Notes under the pieces: model-generated
What the model was told of the DNA's origin: nothing
What the model saw: only the letters and a program-made list of their open reading frames with translations
The model's database searches: none
Shown here: piece after piece, positions 57,170 to 64,000 of the stretch
How the letters are laid out: each line of letters begins with the position of its first letter
Position numbering within the stretch: the first letter of the stretch is position 1
DNA from: Thermoplasmatales archaeon
Lineage (GTDB): Archaea; Thermoplasmatota; E2; UBA202; JdFR-43
Direction of reading: 5' to 3'
Assembly (NCBI GenBank): GCA_014361195.1
Contig: JACIWA010000002.1
Span: forward strand, 4,310-68,309
Length of the DNA: 64,000 bases
Position numbers and translations under genes: made by a program

Positions 57170-60100
57170 TCTCTCCTCAATTTTATATCAATCGTTTTCG
57201 GTGAATCTCCTATCTTTACATCAACTATTCCTTCATATCTGTAATAAATTGTCTCATTTTCTATAACTCGCGAGTAATTTACCTCCACTTTATATTTCGC
57301 AGGATAAAGTCTTACTACATAATAGCCTGTTGAATTTGATCTCGCACTTTCATTTACAGAGTAATCATCCAATTTTTCTATTACATTAAATTGAATTGTC
57401 ACACCCTGCATTACCTCATTTTCTTCTCTTAATCCATTATTATTTTCATCATACCATACAACACCACTAACATTTACTTTCGATGGAATCAATGAAATAT
57501 TATGCCATATTGTTGAATTTGGCATTACATTTACATCTATTACTCTTGTTTCATATCCATCTTTTGAAACATTTATTCTATAACTGATTGGAAGTAATTT
57601 TTGGAAATCGTATTCACTTGCATGTATTTCTTTTCCATCAAAAACAATTTTTGCCTGCAATTTTTCATCGTTTCCATCATATTCTCCGTTTCCATTCTTA
57701 TCCCAATAAATTATTCCCTTTATTCCTCCTTTTTCAATATTTATTGCTCCAACATCTCTTATCCAATGAACAACTCTTGTAGCTTCCTCCTCGCTTATTG
57801 GCGGGAAGTCAGTTCCATCAAATTTCAATTCTTTTATAAGTGTTTCATTCGAATAGAAAGAAATTGTTATATTGCCAGCGGGAGCAATAACACTAAATTT
57901 TCCCTCTTTGTCAGTAAAACTTATATCATGAGGAATCTTTTCAAGAGTTCTATTTAAAATTTGATTTCCATATCTCATCTGAAGTAATTGGCTAAAGTCA
58001 TCTCTAACAACAACTTTCACCCCTTCAAGTGGCTCGCCATCACTCAATAATCTCCCTTCTATTCTCGCTCCTTCATAATATTTTGCAATTACAACCGCAG
58101 GCATACCTAAACATAACTCCCCTCTCAGGAACAGCTTTGAGGTTGTGGTATTTACTGGAGAGATATATTTTATAACAAAATGTTTCATGTAGATGGTTGG
58201 ATTGTAAGAATAGTTTCCTTCTCCAAATGGATTTGTTGCATTATCTGTCCAGAAAGGAATTAAATACCAGTAGCCATAACTTTCCGCTCCTTCAAAAATT
58301 TCTTTTGATAATGTAACTCCTAAATATGTTCTGTAAACCATGCTCTCATAAAAACCTTGCTTTTTCTCTGTATATGTATCAAATTTACCATATATTTCTC
58401 TTATTTCATCTTGTGTCAATCCCTTTGTTATATTTCTCAATTCATCGGGTGTAAAGCTTTGTCCCGTTTTTGATGAGCGATAATATAGCTTATAGTAATC
58501 ATCTTCTGCGGTTTCATATCCAAAAACTCCTTTATCCGCGAGAAAAGTAAATACATTGAAAATATTTACATCATATCCTTCCACACCATAATACCTTATA
58601 CTTTTTCCTGTATAATTCTGAATTTCTCTATAAAGCATTGTTATATTTTCGTCATCCAGTAGCGTTAATACTTTTACACCATCATGATAAATTGCATTTT
58701 CTTCCCTTACAATATAGTTTTTCCCTCCATAACTCTCCCCAACAATCTTGCCAGCGGATGTATTTTCATATTTTCCTTCCAAAATCTTTTCTAAGTCATC
58801 ACTCATATCACCCAGATACTTATTGAAGATATCTCTAAGTTCACCAGTTACCCCTCCTTTCTCTTTTACATCTCCTTCCGCAAGACGAATTATAAAGACC
58901 CCAACCGCTTCCCTCTCACTCCTTGAGGTATGCATATTGGCTGCTGGCGGTATTCCTTCTTGAAAGTTATCCGCTACTGTTGGATTCTTTGCTATTGCAA
59001 CACAATAAAAGCCATAGTCCCACCACGAAATAAACCCTGGCCTTTCACTCTCATTTAAATTTGTATTTTCTCTCTTAAGCCATGAAAATGCATCAACCCA
59101 ATATTCTTCTGTATTGAAACCGAGCCCATATGCCCCAAGCTTATTTGTTTTTGTCTGATATTCGTGCTTTATATTTGAGGGAAGAGATGCATCAAAGGCA
59201 AGCCAGGTATTTGGGAAGATTACAAAAAGGGCAATGAAAATTGCTCCCGCAACGTGCCTTATTTTCACTCCTTTCTTCATTGCCTGGAATCCCCCGCCCG
59301 CCTCCTTTATCTTCTTAATCATGCCCGAGAAATCTATTTTGGAGATTATAATCCACAACCCGTATGCTCCAAAAACCGCAATTAAGGGGACTAAATCATT
59401 TAGAAATCTTCCCGCTGTGCTTGCAAGCCAAATTTCGATTCCAAGCCATACAAATACTGCGAAATATTCTCTATAAAATTTTCTTTTATAGAATTGGTAT
59501 AGGAAGAAGACAAATCCAAAACATGCAATCAAATAGAAAACTGGCCCGAATGACATTATGGTTCTGCCTATATCAAAGGGAAATGCCTCCGCTATTGTTA
59601 AGGATACTTTTCCACCGTATATCGCCTTCCCAAATATTATTTCAGATATGGGAGTAAATAGCTTAAGGAAAGCATTTGTTGTGTTCCTGATTAGATAGAG
59701 AAATATAAGAGCAAAAATTCCGAGTCCAAAAATTGACGGTATTGAAATAATCCATGGTATATTCTTTTTTCCTATATATATGTATATTAGGCTGAAGATA
59801 CCAACCGCAATTATTATGGTTAAATAAATGCTTGTGAATCCACTTTTAACCCAAGTAATAGGGAAAGATAATACATATCCAAAAAGCATTGAGGTTAAAA
59901 TTGCTACTGGAACCTTTTCCTCTATTTTCTTTGTTACTATGTCAATTAGCATTTGAATAACTCCATAAACCGCTATGAGAGCATATATATATTCCGCAGA
60001 TACCCATGTCATTGTTATACCCGCAACACACATTCCAGATAAAGAAGCGAGCAGGAAAGATGCTTTTTTATTTTCTTCTTTTAAAGCCATTATCAAAAAG

Positions 60101-60657
60101 ACAAGTGATGAAGTTGTGAATAAAAGAACAAAGGAATCATGGTCATAAAGGGAGTATGCGGAGCCGTGTCCTGATGCAAGATGAATTGGAATAAGAGCAA
60201 CGAAGAGGGATGCAATCAAACCAACTTTCCTATTGAAAACAATTTTTCCCAAAAAATAAACAGGAATTACAAGCAGTGCTCCATATATTGCTGGCACCAA
60301 TTGCATTGCATATCCCATTGCATCGCTTTCATTTATAAATAAAGAAAATATTTTTCCCAATCCAATCGTGAGCATTGTGAAAAGAGGGGGCCTGCTACCT
60401 GAGCCACCCAATGGATAGTTGAGGAGAGGATCAAGGTCGCCATGCTTACCACCCATATATGGATATTTTCCTTCTTCCAAAGTTTTTTCGAGTAAGCGCA
60501 TATTGTAATAGGGGTCTGGACCTGATAGATAATATTTTTCCTCGAGCAAATTTGCTTCCCTATTTATTGCAACATCTGAAGAAAAGTTAAAATAGGCGTT
60601 CAAGAAAAGCACCAGCACAAATGCGCAAGCAAGCCACAAGGCATCTATCTTTTTCAT
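57166..60657 (-). CDS. aglB: oligosaccharyltransferase (STT3/AglB) with extended C-terminal beta-sandwich domains
   Basis: DPYY, DHD, TIAE, SWWDYG, DNFQ; many TM helices; start reset to 60657. Confidence 0.92.
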   Translation of the reverse strand: MKKIDALWLACAFVLVLFLNAYFNFSSDVAINREANLLEEKYYLSGPDPYYNMRLLEKTLEEGKYPYMGGKHGDLDPLLNYPLGGSGSRPPLFTMLTIGLGKIFSLFINESDAMGYAMQLVPAIYGALLVIPVYFLGKIVFNRKVGLIASLFVALIPIHLASGHGSAYSLYDHDSFVLLFTTSSLVFLIMALKEENKKASFLLASLSGMCVAGITMTWVSAEYIYALIAVYGVIQMLIDIVTKKIEEKVPVAILTSMLFGYVLSFPITWVKSGFTSIYLTIIIAVGIFSLIYIYIGKKNIPWIISIPSIFGLGIFALIFLYLIRNTTNAFLKLFTPISEIIFGKAIYGGKVSLTIAEAFPFDIGRTIMSFGPVFYLIACFGFVFFLYQFYKRKFYREYFAVFVWLGIEIWLASTAGRFLNDLVPLIAVFGAYGLWIIISKIDFSGMIKKIKEAGGGFQAMKKGVKIRHVAGAIFIALFVIFPNTWLAFDASLPSNIKHEYQTKTNKLGAYGLGFNTEEYWVDAFSWLKRENTNLNESERPGFISWWDYGFYCVAIAKNPTVADNFQEGIPPAANMHTSRSEREAVGVFIIRLAEGDVKEKGGVTGELRDIFNKYLGDMSDDLEKILEGKYENTSAGKIVGESYGGKNYIVREENAIYHDGVKVLTLLDDENITMLYREIQNYTGKSIRYYGVEGYDVNIFNVFTFLADKGVFGYETAEDDYYKLYYRSSKTGQSFTPDELRNITKGLTQDEIREIYGKFDTYTEKKQGFYESMVYRTYLGVTLSKEIFEGAESYGYWYLIPFWTDNATNPFGEGNYSYNPTIYMKHFVIKYISPVNTTTSKLFLRGELCLGMPAVVIAKYYEGARIEGRLLSDGEPLEGVKVVVRDDFSQLLQMRYGNQILNRTLEKIPHDISFTDKEGKFSVIAPAGNITISFYSNETLIKELKFDGTDFPPISEEEATRVVHWIRDVGAINIEKGGIKGIIYWDKNGNGEYDGNDEKLQAKIVFDGKEIHASEYDFQKLLPISYRINVSKDGYETRVIDVNVMPNSTIWHNISLIPSKVNVSGVVWYDENNNGLREENEVMQGVTIQFNVIEKLDDYSVNESARSNSTGYYVVRLYPAKYKVEVNYSRVIENETIYYRYEGIVDVKIGDSPKTIDIKLRRE

Positions 60658-60705
60658 TTTAATCACGTGGATAAAAAATTGCAAATAAATATTTTGTGGT
60701 TATAG

Positions 60706-60797
60706 CGGGCCTGGGGGGATTTTCGTGGCTTTGCCATTTCGAACCCTCGGCCACCTGGTTAAAAGCCAGGTGCTCTACCTAGCTGAGCTACAGGCCC
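60706..60797 (-). tRNA. tRNA-Lys(UUU) with 18-nt intron at position 59/60 (intron 60720-60737)
   Basis: RC: GGGCCTG TA GCTC AGCTAGGTA GAGC A CCTGG CT TTT AA CCAGG TGGCC GAGGG TTCGAA[ATGGCAAAGCCACGAAAA]T CCCCC CAGGCCC G. Confidence 0.92.
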
Positions 60798-60880
60798 TAT
60801 GAAAAAATGCTTTGATATATATATTTTTTCACATCCCTTAAAAGAATAATTTTTGCGGGATTTTAGGAAATAAACAGTTT

Positions 60881-60914
60881 CTAATGCTCAAACCTATCTA
60901 ATGCTAACACCTAT
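60881..60914. repeat. 17-bp imperfect tandem repeat
   Basis: CTAATGCTCAAACCTAT / CTAATGCTAACACCTAT (15/17 identical). Confidence 0.6.
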
Positions 60915-61687
60915 TAACTTATGGAAAGAAGATGATATTTGATTTCCTTTGTTGATTTGGAATTATAATCTTCTATGGATAAAATTGCTTTTCTTATATC
61001 ATTTTCTTCTCCAATTAAGGCAACTTTGAGACCCTTTTGAACTGCTTCAATAGCAGAATTCACTGGACAAAATTCAAAATCATGCTTTATTTTAGCCTTC
61101 TTCACCGCTATTCTCCCAATTTCTCCTATTATCCCCACTTTATCAACTTTAATCTCCTGTATTTTCTTTCTTAATTTTTCAAAACTTGTTTTTTTCTTCT
61201 CAGGAGATGGGATGGGAAACAGATATATTTCTCCTAAAGAAAGCTCAATTATTCCTTCTATTCCTGTTATTGCCACATCCTCCCCTTTTTCTACATTTTT
61301 TGTTGATATTCCATAAGCAGATGATATTCTCCCAGAGTAGGCATATAAATACCCATTTTTCATAAAAAGAGCGACTTTCTCTCCCTTTTTTATCTTATTT
61401 CCCGCTATTGCGTAACAAATCTTCATTATATTTAATTTCTTTTTCTTTTCTTCCAAATATCTCTCCAAAGAATTTAAACTGCTGAAAATTTTCTCAATTC
61501 CTTTCACTGTGACTTTATATTTCCCATTAACAACATTAACCAAACCATTTTCCTTCATTTCCTTCAAATATTTAGATACACCTTGTTTTGTAATTCCTAT
61601 TTTCTCTGCTATATCACTCAAGTTTTTTTCATCTGTCGCTATTTCAAGCAATATAAGAAATTTTTTTGATAGCAAGTCCTTAACCAT
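60914..61687 (-). CDS. archaeal winged-HTH (MarR-like) transcriptional regulator
   Basis: IAEKIGITKQGVSKYLKEM...Y.VT.KG; C-terminal AIA...G..V.L.MK.G.LYA. Confidence 0.82.
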   Translation of the reverse strand: MVKDLLSKKFLILLEIATDEKNLSDIAEKIGITKQGVSKYLKEMKENGLVNVVNGKYKVTVKGIEKIFSSLNSLERYLEEKKKKLNIMKICYAIAGNKIKKGEKVALFMKNGYLYAYSGRISSAYGISTKNVEKGEDVAITGIEGIIELSLGEIYLFPIPSPEKKKTSFEKLRKKIQEIKVDKVGIIGEIGRIAVKKAKIKHDFEFCPVNSAIEAVQKGLKVALIGEENDIRKAILSIEDYNSKSTKEIKYHLLSIS

Positions 61688-61872
61688 GGCTCTATTATTT
61701 CATGAATTAAAAATATTGCTATTCATGTAAAGGTTAGAGCGGAATGGAAGAAAAAATATGGAAAACCAGAAAAATACTTTTGGATAATGAAAAGATTTTC
61801 AGGAGAATTTGAAAAATGCACGGGAAAGAAGTTTTTTCAAAAAATGTTATAAATTAAGAAAATATTTCTTAC

Positions 61873-62910
61873 ATGAGCGAGATTTATTTCAAGTCCGCAT
61901 CAACACCTTTTGCAAGAGATGCAATTCATTCGGGCATAGAAAAAATTTTTGAAAAAGTTAATAGGATAGAGAAAGGAGATATTGTTGCAATTAAATTGCA
62001 TATGGGAGAGCTTGGAAATAATGCATATGTTCGCCCATTCTTTGTTCGTAAAGTTGTAGATATGGTCAAAAAGTGCGGAGGAAAACCATTCATTACTGAT
62101 ACAACAACATTATACGGAGGACATAGAGGAAATTCAATAGATTATTTATACACCGCTTCAATGCATGGCTTCAACATTTCCTCAATGAATTGCCCGATTA
62201 TAATAGCGGATGGGTTGCTCGGAAGAGATGAAGAAATTGTTCAGTTGGGAAAGGAAAAGATAGGGGTTGCGAGAGCAATAATTGAATCAGATTATCTGGT
62301 CGCTATTTCTCATTTCAAAGGTCATGGGATGACAGGCTTTGGCGGAGCGATAAAAAATGTTGGAATGGGTTGCTGTAGCAAGGCGGGAAAGGCATGGCAG
62401 CACTCCACAAGCAAGCCCAAGCACGATAAAAATAAATGCATAATGTGTAAAAAATGCCTTACTTTTTGTCCAGCTGGAGCAATTTATGAAGCAAGCAGAG
62501 AGATTTTTATAGATTATGAAAAATGCAGGGGTTGCGGGGCATGCACGGTTTTATGCGAGCAGGGATGTTTTTATTTGGATGAGACAAATGAATTACAGAG
62601 GAGAGTGGCAATTGCCTGCAAAGCGGTAATTCAAAAATTTGGAGAAAAAGTTTCTTTCATAAACTTTCTGATAGATATAACACCTAGATGCGATTGCTGT
62701 TCATTTCCAGATAAGCCAATTTTAAATGATATTGGGATTTTATCGAGCAATGATGCGGTTGCAATAGATAAAGCATCTTATGATTTGGTTTGCCATTATG
62801 CAGGAAAAGACATATTTTATGAAATCCATAAAATAGATGGAAAAATACAGCTAATAGAAGGAGAAAAAATTGGCGTTGGAAAAATGGAATATAAGCTAAT
62901 ACATCTCTAA
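61873..62910 (+). CDS. DUF362 iron-sulfur protein with 2x[4Fe-4S] ferredoxin insert
   Basis: IKLHMGE.GN, SHFKGH..GFGGAIKN.GMG, CxxCxxCxxxC twice, CDC, AIDKAS. Confidence 0.88.
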   Translation: MSEIYFKSASTPFARDAIHSGIEKIFEKVNRIEKGDIVAIKLHMGELGNNAYVRPFFVRKVVDMVKKCGGKPFITDTTTLYGGHRGNSIDYLYTASMHGFNISSMNCPIIIADGLLGRDEEIVQLGKEKIGVARAIIESDYLVAISHFKGHGMTGFGGAIKNVGMGCCSKAGKAWQHSTSKPKHDKNKCIMCKKCLTFCPAGAIYEASREIFIDYEKCRGCGACTVLCEQGCFYLDETNELQRRVAIACKAVIQKFGEKVSFINFLIDITPRCDCCSFPDKPILNDIGILSSNDAVAIDKASYDLVCHYAGKDIFYEIHKIDGKIQLIEGEKIGVGKMEYKLIHL

Positions 62911-63497
62911 CATGGAAAAGGGCATTTCTCACATTTCCCTTTCCTACAAAAATCCCTCCCAAGCTTCATAAATGCTATTTCCATTTCAACTTCATCTATT
63001 CCCTTTATTTTCTTAAATTTTGAGTTAAATAATGAATGCTTTTTTGCAGAAATTATCGCATATTCAGATATATCATGCTCCGCCCAGGGTAATTCCCTTA
63101 AAAATATATTCACTGTAACATCACCTATTCCTTTCGCCAGATTTTTTAAATTTTCTTTAACTTCCTGCTTTTCTTTTAATTTCTCAATTCCCCCGAGTTT
63201 TATTATATTTTTGCAGGCTTCAATAATTTTATCCGCCGTTTTAAAATCATATCTCGTGTAACCTCCTTCATCAAGACATCTCACAATCTCGCCCCACCCC
63301 GCCTCAACTATCTTTTCAGGGCTATTATATCCATTCTCTTCCAGAATTTTATATGTTTTTATTGCATTCCTTTCCCTTATAGGAGCTCCAAAAAGAAGAG
63401 ATGCAAGAAACCATTTAAACGGCTCCTTTTCTGGTTTAATTCTTAAAATATCACTGTATCTTCTCCCGTAGATTTTCACAAATTCTTTTAATTCCAT
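62907..63497 (-). CDS. HhH-GPD-superfamily DNA-binding/glycosylase-like protein
   Basis: FKWFLAS.LFG, GGY.RYD..TA, KGIG.VT..IFLRE, C-terminal C..C..C..C; start reset to ATG 63497. Confidence 0.7.
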   Translation of the reverse strand: MELKEFVKIYGRRYSDILRIKPEKEPFKWFLASLLFGAPIRERNAIKTYKILEENGYNSPEKIVEAGWGEIVRCLDEGGYTRYDFKTADKIIEACKNIIKLGGIEKLKEKQEVKENLKNLAKGIGDVTVNIFLRELPWAEHDISEYAIISAKKHSLFNSKFKKIKGIDEVEMEIAFMKLGRDFCRKGKCEKCPFPC

Positions 63498-64000
63498 TTC
63501 AGATTTATTATATAAACTTCCTCGATTTTTGTGCATTTATTTCCCGCCAAATCATAAGCAATTAATTTTATTTTATGCTTTCCGATCGAAAATTCGTTTA
63601 TTTCCCAAAATGAAATTGAAGAATTTGAATTTCCTCTATATATATCATCATAATAAAATTCTATGATTTTTATTCCATTTAAATCATAGCATTCAACAGC
63701 TATTGTTATATTCCCTATTACGAAGACCGTTTCTGTATCAAAAATTTTTCTTCCAAACACATAAAGCCCTTTTGAAGGAGATAAAATATTTATTTCGGGA
63801 GAAACTGTATCTATTTTTATTTCAATTCTGTTAATTTCTTCAAAGTTTCCTGCCATATCAACTGAGAAATATTCAAAAAAGTATTTTCCATCTGCAATAC
63901 TTATGCTCCCATTATATTCTGAAAATCCCCCCCCATTTATTCTATACAGTGTTTTATTTATCCCAGATATTCCATCATTTGGGAAAAGAGAAACATTTAT
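63488..64000 (-). CDS. secreted Ig-like repeat protein, C-terminal part only (runs off right edge)
   Basis: Frame open to 64000: ...SGINKTLYRINGG...YFSVDMAGN.E...IDT..P followed by the shared C-terminal domain. Confidence 0.75.
   Translation of the reverse strand: MNVSLFPNDGISGINKTLYRINGGGFSEYNGSISIADGKYFFEYFSVDMAGNFEEINRIEIKIDTVSPEINILSPSKGLYVFGRKIFDTETVFVIGNITIAVECYDLNGIKIIEFYYDDIYRGNSNSSISFWEINEFSIGKHKIKLIAYDLAGNKCTKIEEVYIINLKWN

Noticed and set aside
25565-60797. Shared GGGCCTGTAGC ends of the two tRNAs as possible att sites
   Set aside because: Ordinary tRNA similarity; intervening DNA is core genome with no integrase
61700-61855. Open + strand frame (IAIHVKVRAEWKKKYG...)
   Set aside because: No 5' start codon; overlaps a divergent promoter region
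2383-62962. Numerous 60-180-aa antisense or nested ORFs in the track
   Set aside because: Shadow frames of well-supported genes, with no recognisable motifs
1-64000. CRISPR arrays, IS elements, prophage or reverse transcriptase/DGR
   Set aside because: No regularly spaced repeats and no transposase, integrase, capsid or RT motifs were seen

Overview
AT-rich archaeal chromosomal segment. Gene content (Cdc6/Orc1, Alba, RpoL, Csl4, Nep1, AglB, CarS, PurP, three gingipain-like C25 peptidases) points to Thermoplasmata, plausibly an uncultured sediment/hydrothermal E2/MBG-D-like peptide fermenter (inference). Main contents: a complete 14-gene Mrp-Mbh [NiFe] hydrogenase operon flanked by C25 peptidase genes; a 2941-aa modular C25 protease/adhesin; a nurA-herA pair without mre11/rad50; an E1-like ThiF gene upstream of cdc6; RNA-processing and DNA-repair housekeeping genes; two tRNAs; several decayed genes. 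No CRISPR array, transposase or integrase was seen. Most notable: tRNA-Lys(UUU) with an 18-nt BHB intron at non-canonical T-loop position 59/60; a ~100-aa C-terminal domain shared by otherwise different secreted proteins (candidate sorting/anchoring domain); nested-cassette architecture of the giant protease; two 40-aa ORFs missing from the ORF track. All family calls come from motif recognition by eye, not database searches.
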